64,000 bases of DNA from an uncultured Pelagibacteraceae bacterium (GCA_902555465.1 CACDSN010000004.1:14860-78859); one strand, 5' to 3'; shown: positions 38,286 through 47,019, counted from the first letter of the stretch. A program made the numbers and translations. Notes: generated from the sequence alone by a model not told the origin.

Positions 38286-39272
38286 ATGAAAAAAAAGAAA
38301 GCATTAGTTCTTGGAGCAACTGGACAAGATGGATCTTATATGATCGATCTCCTTTTGAAAAAAAATTATGAAGTGCATGGTTTATATAGAAAATCTTCTG
38401 TTGGAAATACAAGTAATATTGATCACTTAATTTATGAAAATAAAATTTTTAATAAACGTTTTTTTCTTCATAAAGGTGATTTATTAGACACTGTATCTTT
38501 AAATAATATTATAAATTCTACTAATCCAAATGAAATTTATAATTTTGCAGATCAAGATCACGTAGGGTGGAGCTATGAAATACCATCATATTCTTTTAGA
38601 ACAACAGCATTATCTGTAATAGAAATATTTGAAATACTGAGAAAAAATAAAAAAAAAATTAAATACTTTCAACCTATATCATCAAACATATTTGGAGAAA
38701 CAAACAATTTTAAGCAAAATGAAAAAACAGTACCTGAGCCAAATAGTATATATGCTTTAGCAAAAACCACAGCTTTATATGCGTCTAAAATGTATTCCAA
38801 AGTTTACAATTTACATATTTGTGGAGCAATTTTTTATAATCATGAATCTCCAAAAAGACATATTGATTATGTATCTAAAAAAATTGTTCAAAATGTTTGC
38901 GAAATATTACATGGAAAAAGAAAGTATATATATCTAGGTAATATAAAATCTAAAATTGACTGGGGATATGCCAAAGAATATGTCGAGTATGCTTGGAAAA
39001 TTATGCAAAAGAAAAAACCAGATTTTTATGTAATTGGAACTGGCAAAAACAATTCTGTAGAATATTTCGTTAAAAAATGTTTTGAGTATGTTGGATTAAA
39101 TTATAAAAACCATATTAAAATTGACAAAAATCTTTTCAGACCTTCAAAAACTAGAAATCTTTTAGCTGATACTTCTAAAGCAAAGAAAGATTTGAATTTC
39201 AAAATACAAACGAATTTAGATGATCTTATAAAAATTATGATGGATGATGAGTTAAAAAAATACAATGGATAA
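38286..39272 (+). CDS. GDP-mannose 4,6-dehydratase-family SDR, with Asn at the position of the catalytic Glu
   Basis: 328 aa. GATGQDGSYM, YALAK (YxxxK) and FYNHESPKR align by eye with E. coli Gmd. The STSELYG motif reads ISSNIFG here. Confidence 0.75.
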   Translation: MKKKKALVLGATGQDGSYMIDLLLKKNYEVHGLYRKSSVGNTSNIDHLIYENKIFNKRFFLHKGDLLDTVSLNNIINSTNPNEIYNFADQDHVGWSYEIPSYSFRTTALSVIEIFEILRKNKKKIKYFQPISSNIFGETNNFKQNEKTVPEPNSIYALAKTTALYASKMYSKVYNLHICGAIFYNHESPKRHIDYVSKKIVQNVCEILHGKRKYIYLGNIKSKIDWGYAKEYVEYAWKIMQKKKPDFYVIGTGKNNSVEYFVKKCFEYVGLNYKNHIKIDKNLFRPSKTRNLLADTSKAKKDLNFKIQTNLDDLIKIMMDDELKKYNG

Positions 39273-39960
39273 AAAAATCTCAATTATTTTATCCACATAC
39301 AATGAAGCAACAATAATTAAAGAATCAATTAATAAAATATTTTCAACTATAAAAAATGTTGAAGTGGTAGTGGTAGATGATAATTCAAATGACGGAACTT
39401 TTGAAATTATAAATTCTATTGAGAATAAAAATTTAAAAGTTTTTTCACGTAAATCTAGAGGTTTGGCATCAGCCTTTTTGCTTGGCATGATTAATACAGA
39501 CGGTGATTATGTTGGATGGACTGACTCGAACATGCCGCAACTCACTCATCATTTTAAAGAAATGATCAATAAATTAGACAGTTATGATATTATATTACTT
39601 TCTAGATATATTGATGGAGGAGGTGATAAAAGATCCAAAATGAGAATTTTATCTAGTAAAATTATTAATTTAATTTGTAGACTTTTTCTCGGAAATGAAA
39701 TCAAAGACTATACTAGTAGTATATTTTTAATGAAGAGAAGCGTTTTAACCTATGGCGTTCCAATCGCTTATGGACATGGAGAATTCTTCATTGAATTTTT
39801 ATATAAAATTAAAAAAAATGGAATGAAGGTATATGAAATACCATATGTGCAACCTCCCGATGTTGAGGGAAGCAAGACAGCTTCTAGTATTATTCGTTTT
39901 TTTACTTTAGGATTAAGTTATTTGATAAGAATATTAATAATAAGATTTAGAAAAAACTAA
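39265..39960 (+). CDS. GT2 polyprenyl-phosphate sugar synthase (DPM1/ArnC/GtrB-like)
   Basis: 231 aa with ILSTYNE, VVVDDNSNDGT and a D.D-type segment (TDSN), plus a C-terminal VEGSKTAS (G-S-K) motif and amphipathic tail typical of Dpm1/ArnC-type enzymes. It overlaps the upstream gene by 8 nt. Confidence 0.75.
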   Translation: MDKKISIILSTYNEATIIKESINKIFSTIKNVEVVVVDDNSNDGTFEIINSIENKNLKVFSRKSRGLASAFLLGMINTDGDYVGWTDSNMPQLTHHFKEMINKLDSYDIILLSRYIDGGGDKRSKMRILSSKIINLICRLFLGNEIKDYTSSIFLMKRSVLTYGVPIAYGHGEFFIEFLYKIKKNGMKVYEIPYVQPPDVEGSKTASSIIRFFTLGLSYLIRILIIRFRKN

Positions 39961-39961
39961 A

Positions 39962-40393
39962 ATGATTGAAAGAATTTATCACCAAAAAAAATTATACGCA
40001 TTAATTGTAAGAAGCAAATACAAGAAAAAAAAAGGTATAAGTTTTTTTACTGATAAAAATGCAACTCAACAATTTGGTTATATGAACCATAAAAAAAATC
40101 ATATAATTTTACCTCACAGACATAACAAACGACATTCAAAAATAGATATTACAACAGAAGTAATAATTATTTTAGATGGAATTTTAAGAGTTGATTTTTA
40201 TAATAATAAAGAAAAATACCTTTTTAGTAAAAAACTGTATTCCAATGATTTAATTATGTTATCAAATGGTGGTCACGGCTTTAAGGTTTTAAAAGATGTT
40301 AAAATGATTGAAGTTAAGCAGGGTCCATATTCTTTGTCAAAAGATAAGGTCAAATTTGAAAAGGCAAATGAAACAAAGATTAAAATTAAATAA
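39962..40393 (+). CDS. cupin-fold protein (candidate sugar keto-isomerase/epimerase; WbuC/WxcM-like)
   Basis: 143 aa with a cupin-type pattern (PHRH ... EVIIILDG ... GGHGF). The functional call comes from the fold pattern and gene context only. Confidence 0.4.
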   Translation: MIERIYHQKKLYALIVRSKYKKKKGISFFTDKNATQQFGYMNHKKNHIILPHRHNKRHSKIDITTEVIIILDGILRVDFYNNKEKYLFSKKLYSNDLIMLSNGGHGFKVLKDVKMIEVKQGPYSLSKDKVKFEKANETKIKIK

Positions 40394-41504
40394 AAAACAA
40401 TTTATACCCGTAAGTAAACCAGAAGTATCAAAAAATGATATTAAATCTATCAATAAAGTTTTAAATAAAAGTTGGATATCGTCTGATGGTCCTGAGGTAA
40501 AAATATTTGAAAAAAATTTTTCAAAATTTATAAAACGTAAATATTCTATAGCTGTGTCTAATGGTACTGCAGCACTGGAAATAGCGATAAAAGCATTAGA
40601 TATTAAAAAAAATGATGAAGTAATAATTCCAGATTTTACAATTATTTCTAATGCATTAGCTGTAATTAAACAACACGCAAAGCCAGTTCTTGTTGATTGT
40701 GATCTATTGTCGTGGAACATGAAAATTAGTGAAATTGAAAAAAAAATTACCAAAAAAACAAAAGCTTTACTAATTACTCATATTTACTCATTTTCAAATG
40801 ACATGGATAAGATTTTAAAAATATGTAGAAAACACAAAATTTTTCTAATTGAAGATGCTGCTGAAGTTATTGGTTTAAAATATAAAAATAAATACTGTGG
40901 ATCTTTTGGCGACATCAGTACATTTAGTTTTTATGCAAATAAACAAATTACAACGGGTGAAGGTGGCATGATTTCAACAAATAATTTTAAACTTTACAAA
41001 AAATGTAGTTCTCTGAGAAATTTGTGCTTTGGTAAAAAACAAAGATTTAACCATAGTGATATAGGATGGAATTATAGAATGACCAATATACAAGCCACCC
41101 TAGGTATTAGCCAATTAAAAAGAATAAATTCTACGGTTAAGAGAAAAATGTATATTGGGAATTATTATTTTAAAAAATTATCTAATAACAAGAGTCTCTA
41201 TATGACTCCCCCACAAATAAACCAATTCAAAAATATTTATTGGGTAGTAGGAATTGTGATTAAAAACAAAAAAGTTTTAGCAAGTCAAATTATAAAAAAA
41301 TTATCAAAATACGGCATAGGAGCAAGACCTTTTTTTTGGCCAATGCACGAGCAAGATATTTTTAAAAAAATGAAAATTTTTAAAAAACAAAATTATCCAA
41401 ACTCATCGTATTTGGGTCGCTATGGATTTTATATACCATCATTTTTAAAAATAAAAGACTCTGAAATGAATTATGTAGTTTCAGTAATTAACAAATTATT
41501 TTAA
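40368..41504 (+). CDS. DegT/DnrJ/EryC1/StrS-family PLP-dependent sugar aminotransferase
   Basis: FIPVSKPEVSKNDI...SWISSDGPEVKIFE N-terminus, a FSFYANKQITTGEGG Lys-containing loop, and NYRMTNIQA. The track ORF starts at 40308; the ATG at 40368 fits family N-termini better. Confidence 0.85.
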   Translation: MKQRLKLNKKQFIPVSKPEVSKNDIKSINKVLNKSWISSDGPEVKIFEKNFSKFIKRKYSIAVSNGTAALEIAIKALDIKKNDEVIIPDFTIISNALAVIKQHAKPVLVDCDLLSWNMKISEIEKKITKKTKALLITHIYSFSNDMDKILKICRKHKIFLIEDAAEVIGLKYKNKYCGSFGDISTFSFYANKQITTGEGGMISTNNFKLYKKCSSLRNLCFGKKQRFNHSDIGWNYRMTNIQATLGISQLKRINSTVKRKMYIGNYYFKKLSNNKSLYMTPPQINQFKNIYWVVGIVIKNKKVLASQIIKKLSKYGIGARPFFWPMHEQDIFKKMKIFKKQNYPNSSYLGRYGFYIPSFLKIKDSEMNYVVSVINKLF

Positions 41505-41514
41505 TTTTTATTAA

Positions 41515-43375
41515 ATGTCTTTAAAAGAGAAAATTGGAAATAATTTTTTATTGGATGCCAATATATTAGTTTCGACTATATTGATATTTTCTATCAAGTG
41601 GTTTTTAATTCATATTTATAATCAGGATACTTTATTAAATAAAATTCTATTTGATTATTCAGATTTGTATTACTTCCCATTTATTTTAAATATACTTGAA
41701 CTTGATATAAGCCCACAATATTTAGACAATTACACTCCCAATAAAAACATTCCAATACCTATTTACTCTATTTTATTACATTCTATATTTTTTAAAATTT
41801 TTGGTCTAATCAGTTTTTTTATTTTAGAATTTTTTTTTCTTTTTATCTTTTTAATATTAATTTTTAATATATTAATTAAATGCAATCTAAATTATTATTT
41901 TGCTATATTTTCTACTTTAATTATATTTTTATTGCCATTTACTCTTAAAAATATAGATCTTTTTAACATTAATTTAAATATTATTAGTGGATTATTTTCT
42001 TTTAGGTTTCCTCGGCCGCTAGTAACAAGTTGTTTCTTTTTTTGGGGTATTTATTTAGCAATTTTATATTATAAAAACGATAGACTTAATTTTAAAAATT
42101 CTATTTATATTGGTATTTGTTTTTCTTTGATATTTGCATCATACTATTATAATTTTGTAAATCTTATACTTTTATTTGCCATTATTTTTGTATTTAAAAA
42201 TATAAATGATATTACTTACTTAAGAAAAAATTATAAGAACATACTAAATTCAATAATATTTTTTTTTAATTTTAAGTATTCCATTTTTATTAATTTATTT
42301 TTCATCTGAAAAAGATTTTTTTTTATTAATAGGAGGTATTGAATTAAATTTCGAATTTAAAAAGAAACTTTTAATTCATTTCATAAATAAAATATTTTCT
42401 ATAAAATTTATTGTCTCATTTGTATTATTAACAATAATAATGTTTACTCTTCTAAAGCATGACGATTTTAAAGAAAAAAAAATAATTAAATTATTTTATT
42501 TTATGTTTTTAGCATCAATTATTTCACCTTTTTTTTTCGTATTATTGAGTCCATCAATCAGTGAAATTTATCATTTTTTAAATTGGATTGTAATTACAAC
42601 TATCTTTGTTTCTATTATTTATCTACTTTTAGTTGTAGATTTTGTATTAAAAAAATTTGATATTTTTTCTATTAAATACATAAAATATTTATTTTTATTT
42701 ATAAGTTTTATCGTCATCTTATCCTTTAATTTTTTATATTTTGATAATTTAATTGGTAAAAATGATAAACAAATTAGAAAAGAATACCAAAACCTTCAAA
42801 TATTAGTTGATAATAATAACTTTGAATATCTGTTAACTTTTATTCCTAGAGTTCAAGTTTTATGGATGTTAAAAAATAAAACAAAATTTAATTCTATTGA
42901 ATCTTCTTACTCATCTCTAAATTTTAATCAGCTTGAACAAAATTTTGTTGAAAATTTAAAGTTTCTAAACATAAATAAAATTGATTTTGCTGATATAATT
43001 TCTAATAAAAAAGGTTCATGGAGATATAATAACGAATTTGTTAAATATTTTTCTTGGTACAAATATCAAGCTAACTCACTTATTACATTCAAAAATACAA
43101 ATGATTTTAAATACGATGAAGCAGAATTTATTAAGAAATCAAGTCCTACTAAAACACAACAAATCATTATTCCACAATTTGAAATAAATAGACTTTTAGA
43201 CTTATATGATAAGCTCTCTCTCAATCAAGATCTAAAAAAACCCGATTTGATAGTTTTAAAAAATGATTCTTTGGTTGAAAACTATTCTTTTATCGATCCA
43301 AATATTTACTGTAGGTTAAATAATTTTAAGTTACTTAAAATTTATTATCAAAAAAAATCTGATTTTTGTGAGTAA
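41515..43375 (+). pseudogene. large polytopic membrane protein with GT-C-like architecture, interrupted by a frameshift in a T9 tract
   Basis: The track gives two ORFs, 41515-42309 (frame 1) and 42440-43375 (frame 2). By hand, frame 2 stays open back to 42257 and overlaps the end of frame 1. Removing one T from T9 (42259-42267) yields a continuous 619-aa protein: ...NSIIFFLILSIPFLLIYFSSEKDFFLLIGG... Confidence 0.55.
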
Positions 43376-43445
43376 TAAAAAAAATTTACTTATTACCCTT
43401 GTTCAATTATAAATATTAGCATAAATACTCATGAAAATAACTCAT

Positions 43446-43531
43446 GCCCTCGTGGTGAAATTGGTAGACACAAAGGACTTAAAATCCTTGCCCTTTTGGG
43501 AGTGCCAGTTCGAGTCTGGCCGAGGGCACCA
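43446..43531 (+). tRNA. tRNA-Leu (anticodon UAA), CCA encoded
   Basis: Folded by hand: acceptor GCCCTCG/CGAGGGC, anticodon stem AAGGA/TCCTT, loop CTTAAAA, long variable arm, T-arm GCCAG-TTCGAGT-CTGGC. 86 nt. Confidence 0.9.
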
Positions 43532-43536
43532 CTAAA

Positions 43537-44310
43537 ATGAAAAATTTAATTATTGTTTCAGACAAAAATAAAAAATCTGAAAAAATTAAGTCCAAAGTTT
43601 TAAAAAAAATTAAAAACTCTCAATTTAGGCAAAAGAAATTAATAATTGTTATTGGTGGTGATGGATTTATGCTGCAAACTTTAAAGAAATTTCACAAATA
43701 TAAAAAACCCTTTTATGGAATAAATTCAGGTGACTATGGTTTTTTAATGAATAAGTTTAATGAAAAAAATCTTCTAAAAAACATATCTAAAACTGACTCT
43801 ATTAAGATTTCGCCTTTACAAATGATTGTCAAAAATAAATTTAATAAAATTAAAAAATCAATAGCTATAAATGAAATATCAATTTTGCGTCAAAGCAGAC
43901 AGGCAGTGTCGGTTTCAATTAAAAGTGGCTCTAATTATTTAATTAAAAAATTAAGAGGTGATGGTTTGCTTGTTTGTACTCCAGCTGGAAGTACTGCTTA
44001 TAATTTATCTGTTCATGGACCAATTCTAAATTTAAACTCTAACAAACTTGCAATCTCTCCAGTTAGCCCTTTTAGACCGCGCAGATGGAAGGGAAAAATA
44101 GTTAGTAATAGATCCAAAATTTTGATTAAAAATTTAAACCCAAAGAAAAGACCTATAAGCGCAGTTGCAGATAACGTTGAAGTTCGTAATGCAGTTGAGA
44201 TCAAAGTAAGTGAAAAAAAAGAAGTTATTTTTAATTTATTGTATAACAAGAATAAATCTATAGAAAAAAAAATTAAAATTGAGCAATTAAGAAAAGAAGT
44301 GGGTCGATAA
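43537..44310 (+). CDS. nadK: NAD+ kinase
   Basis: 257 aa with the GGDGFML motif and the TPAGSTAYNLS motif. The ATG is 5 nt after the tRNA-Leu CCA, and the stop is 3 nt before the convergent tRNA-Thr. Confidence 0.85.
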   Translation: MKNLIIVSDKNKKSEKIKSKVLKKIKNSQFRQKKLIIVIGGDGFMLQTLKKFHKYKKPFYGINSGDYGFLMNKFNEKNLLKNISKTDSIKISPLQMIVKNKFNKIKKSIAINEISILRQSRQAVSVSIKSGSNYLIKKLRGDGLLVCTPAGSTAYNLSVHGPILNLNSNKLAISPVSPFRPRRWKGKIVSNRSKILIKNLNPKKRPISAVADNVEVRNAVEIKVSEKKEVIFNLLYNKNKSIEKKIKIEQLRKEVGR

Positions 44311-44313
44311 TTA

Positions 44314-44389
44314 TGGTGCCCCCACACGGACTCGAACCGCGGACCTACTGATTACAAATCAGTTGCTCTACCAGCTGAGCTATAGGGGC
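44314..44389 (-). tRNA. tRNA-Thr (anticodon UGU), CCA encoded
   Basis: Reverse complement folds as acceptor GCCCCTA/TGGGGGC, D-arm GCTC-AGCTGGTA-GAGC, anticodon stem ACTGA/TCAGT, loop TTTGTAA, T-arm CGCGG-TTCGAGT-CCGTG. 76 nt. Confidence 0.9.
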
Positions 44390-44427
44390 GTTTGGTGTTT
44401 TTTAGTATGAAATTAAATAAGATCAAG

Positions 44428-45165
44428 TTATTTTTTGTTAGAATTTATATGATGAAATACTACAGAAGCACTATTTGAGAGATTTAAACTTTCTATTTTA
44501 TTGTTAATCTTAATTTTTATAGTAAAGTCTAGATATTTTTCAGTATGTTTTTTCATTCCATATCCCTCTGATCCAAAAACTAAGACATTATTTCCTTCCC
44601 ATTTTATGTCTGACAATTCTTTGTCACCATCACCGTCAAAACCATATATCCAGAAATTTTTTTCTCTTAAAGTCTTTAATGTTGAATTTATATTTGAAAC
44701 AACAAATATATTTAAGTGTTCCATGCCTCCACTCGCAGCTTTGTGCATCAGTTTACTTGTTTCGGGAAAATCTCTTTCTCTAACTATCAATCCATTTATA
44801 TTGAATGCGCTTGCGCTTCTTATAATTGAGCCTATATTTCTTGGATCAGTTGCTCCAGCTAAACATGCTAGATTTATCTTTTCTTTATTTTTAATAAATT
44901 CTTTTAGCTCTTGATTTTGTAATCTTTCAACTTCTGCCACAAAACCTTGATGTAAAATGTTTTCATTTTTACAATAATTATCCAATTCTTTTTTTGTTTT
45001 ATAAAAAATTTTTAAATCTTTAAGAAGGTTATTATTAGGACTCACTCTATGAATAGTTTTTTTACTTTCTTCAGTTAAAAATATTTTCAGCACTTTTCTA
45101 TTGTTATTTTTAAGAGCCTCAATAACAGGATGTTTTCCGACTATAAAATATGAAGATTTATTCAT
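44428..45165 (-). CDS. rlmB: 23S rRNA (guanosine-2'-O)-methyltransferase RlmB / TrmH-family SPOUT methyltransferase
   Basis: N-terminal substrate-binding domain (GKHPVIEALKN) and a SPOUT domain (DPRNIGSIIRSA, LVFGSEGYGM, LNLSNSA). The internal ATG at 45165 is preferred, because the 39 extra N-terminal residues of the track ORF look non-coding. Confidence 0.8.
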   Translation of the reverse strand: MNKSSYFIVGKHPVIEALKNNNRKVLKIFLTEESKKTIHRVSPNNNLLKDLKIFYKTKKELDNYCKNENILHQGFVAEVERLQNQELKEFIKNKEKINLACLAGATDPRNIGSIIRSASAFNINGLIVRERDFPETSKLMHKAASGGMEHLNIFVVSNINSTLKTLREKNFWIYGFDGDGDKELSDIKWEGNNVLVFGSEGYGMKKHTEKYLDFTIKIKINNKIESLNLSNSASVVFHHINSNKK

Positions 45166-45217
45166 TTTTTTCCTTATTTTACACGTTTTTTGATAGATTT
45201 TATCATAAATTCTAATA

Positions 45218-45245
45218 TTGCAATTATAAGATAAAAATATATAAA
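45218..45245 (+). promoter_or_regulatory. candidate promoter for the tRNA-Tyr/tRNA-Gly/tuf transcription unit
   Basis: TTGCAA (45218-45223), 16-nt spacer, TATAAA (45240-45245), followed by a GC-rich discriminator (CCGCC) of the kind seen at stringently controlled stable-RNA promoters. Confidence 0.3.
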
Positions 45246-45298
45246 CCGCCTGTTGTTTACGCTTTATTAAACATGTGGACACTCTTCCATCGTTTTTG

Positions 45299-45384
<86 letters not shown>

Positions 45385-45421
45385 TTTAATTAAGTTTAAA
45401 CAGGAGTGAACACTTGGGTTT

Positions 45422-45495
45422 GCGGGTGTAGTTCAGTGGTAGAACACTAGCCTTCCAAGCTGGTTGCGTGGGTTCGATTCCCATCACCCGCTCCA
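45422..45495 (+). tRNA. tRNA-Gly (anticodon UCC), CCA encoded
   Basis: Acceptor GCGGGTG/CACCCGC, anticodon stem CTAGC/GCTGG, loop CTTCCAA, T-arm GTGGG-TTCGATT-CCCAT. 74 nt. Confidence 0.9.
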
Positions 45496-45535
45496 AATGT
45501 AAAAAAATAAAATTATAGGTGAGGTAAAAAATATA

Positions 45536-46726
45536 ATGTCTAAAGAAAAGTTTAATAGATCGAAGCCACATTGCAATATTGGAACAATTGGCCACGTCGA
45601 CCACGGTAAAACAACTCTTACAGCTGCGATAACTAAAGTATTGTCAGAATCTGGTGGAGCGCAATTTACTGCGTATGATCAAATTGATAAAGCACCAGAA
45701 GAAAAAGAAAGAGGTATTACTATTTCTACTGCTCACGTTGAGTATGAGACTGAAAAAAGACATTATGCTCACGTAGACTGTCCAGGTCATGCTGACTATG
45801 TAAAAAATATGATTACAGGAGCAGCACAAATGGATGGAGCAATATTAGTTGTAAACGCTGCAGATGGCCCCATGCCTCAAACTAAAGAGCATATTCTTTT
45901 AGCAAGACAAGTAGGTGTTCCAGCAATTGTAGTTTTTTTAAATAAAGTTGATCAAGTTGATGATAAAGAAATGATTGATTTAGTCGAAGAGGAAATTAAA
46001 GAACTTTTAACGTCATATAAATTTCCTGGAGATAAGACTCCCATCATTAAAGGTTCAGCATTAGCTGCTGTAGAAGGTAGAGATGAAGCTGTGGGTAAGA
46101 ATGCGATCATGGAATTAATGAAAGCCGTTGATGACTTTATCCCACAACCTGATAGACCTAAGGACAAACCTTTCTTGATGCCTGTTGAAGATGTATTTTC
46201 TATATCTGGTAGAGGTACAGTTGTAACTGGAAGAGTAGAACAAGGTGTAGTTAAAACAGGTGAGGAAATAGAAATAGTAGGAATAAGAGAAACTAAAAAA
46301 TCAGTATGTACTGGTGTCGAAATGTTTAGAAAAATTTTGGACACTGGTGAAGCTGGTGACAATATTGGAGCACTACTAAGAGGTGTTGAAAGAGAAGATG
46401 TTGAAAGAGGCCAAGTGCTTTGTAAACCAGGATCAGTCACACCACATACTAAATTTGAAGCTCAAGCGTATGTACTAAAAAAAGAAGAGGGTGGAAGACA
46501 CACTCCATTCTTTACTAAGTACAGACCTCAGTTTTATTTTAGAACTACAGACGTAACTGGCGAAGTTGAATTACCTGCAGGGACAGAAATGGTAATGCCG
46601 GGTGATGACGCTAAATTTACTGTTAAACTAATAACTCCAATTGCAATGAGTGAAAAATTAAATTTTGCTATTAGAGAAGGTGGTAGAACAGTAGGAGCTG
46701 GAGTAGTAACTAAAATAATAGAGTAA
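45536..46726 (+). CDS. tuf: translation elongation factor Tu
   Basis: 396 aa with [14 protein letters not shown] and NKVD GTPase motifs. An AGGTGAGG Shine-Dalgarno lies upstream. Confidence 0.98.
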   Translation: MSKEKFNRSKPHCNIGTIGHVDHGKTTLTAAITKVLSESGGAQFTAYDQIDKAPEEKERGITISTAHVEYETEKRHYAHVDCPGHADYVKNMITGAAQMDGAILVVNAADGPMPQTKEHILLARQVGVPAIVVFLNKVDQVDDKEMIDLVEEEIKELLTSYKFPGDKTPIIKGSALAAVEGRDEAVGKNAIMELMKAVDDFIPQPDRPKDKPFLMPVEDVFSISGRGTVVTGRVEQGVVKTGEEIEIVGIRETKKSVCTGVEMFRKILDTGEAGDNIGALLRGVEREDVERGQVLCKPGSVTPHTKFEAQAYVLKKEEGGRHTPFFTKYRPQFYFRTTDVTGEVELPAGTEMVMPGDDAKFTVKLITPIAMSEKLNFAIREGGRTVGAGVVTKIIE

Positions 46727-46734
46727 AACTCCAT

Positions 46735-46810
46735 AGGAGTGTAGCTCAATTGGTAGAGCGCTGGTCTCCAAAACCAGAGGTTGGGGGTTCGATTCCCTCC
46801 GCTCCTGCCA
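46735..46810 (+). tRNA. tRNA-Trp (anticodon CCA), CCA encoded
   Basis: Acceptor AGGAGTG/CGCTCCT, anticodon stem CTGGT/ACCAG, loop CTCCAAA, T-arm GGGGG-TTCGATT-CCCTC. 76 nt. It sits in the conserved position before secE. Confidence 0.9.
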
Positions 46811-46827
46811 ACTAGGTTATAAAAATT

Positions 46828-47019
46828 ATGAAAAATCCTCTAAAATTTTTTCAAGAAGTAAAAAACGAGGCTTTTAAAGTTTCTTGGCCTACATCAAAAG
46901 AAACAGTCCAAGGTTCTTTAATGGTTGCTGCAATGGCAATTATTGCATCATTATTTTTTCTTTTATTGGATCAAATATTAAAATTTTTGTTAGAAATTAT
47001 TCTTAAAGTGAGCTTTTAA
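46828..47019 (+). CDS. secE: preprotein translocase subunit SecE
   Basis: 63 aa with one C-terminal TM helix and an E.K.V.WP motif, in the conserved tRNA-Trp-secE-nusG context. Confidence 0.85.
   Translation: MKNPLKFFQEVKNEAFKVSWPTSKETVQGSLMVAAMAIIASLFFLLLDQILKFLLEIILKVSF

Noticed and set aside
42440-43375. Treating the 311-aa ORF as an independent gene
   Set aside because: Its reading frame is open for 183 nt upstream of the ATG and overlaps the end of the preceding ORF. The two join seamlessly if one T is removed from a T9 run, so a single interrupted gene is the more parsimonious reading.
36387-43531. Glycan island as an integrative mobile element at tRNA-Leu
   Set aside because: No integrase, excisionase or transposase gene is present, and I could not find a direct repeat of the tRNA 3' end. 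It is best described as a variable genomic island, not a demonstrable mobile element.
44501-44914. 137-aa plus-strand ORF inside rlmB. Also 23085-23456 and 23484-23768 inside the SpoU-family gene, 40337-40753 inside the DegT gene, and 21221-21496 inside cysS
   Set aside because: All are antisense to genes with clear family motifs and have hydrophobic or low-complexity translations. They are shadow ORFs.
45166-45282. N-terminal 39-codon extension of the rlmB ORF (track start 45282)
   Set aside because: The extension (MSTCLIKRKQQAVYIFLSYNCNIRIYDKIYQ...) has no counterpart in RlmB/TrmH proteins. The homology-like sequence starts at the internal Met (MNKSSYFIVGKHPV), so the start is set to 45165.
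45386-45604. 72-aa minus-strand ORF spanning tRNA-Gly and the tuf start
   Set aside because: It overlaps a well-folding tRNA gene and the EF-Tu N-terminus, so it is not credible as coding.
45952-46440. 162-aa ORF on the minus strand inside tuf
   Set aside because: It is antisense to the highly conserved EF-Tu gene. Its Ser/Thr/Pro-rich low-complexity translation is typical of a shadow ORF, and no start context is visible.
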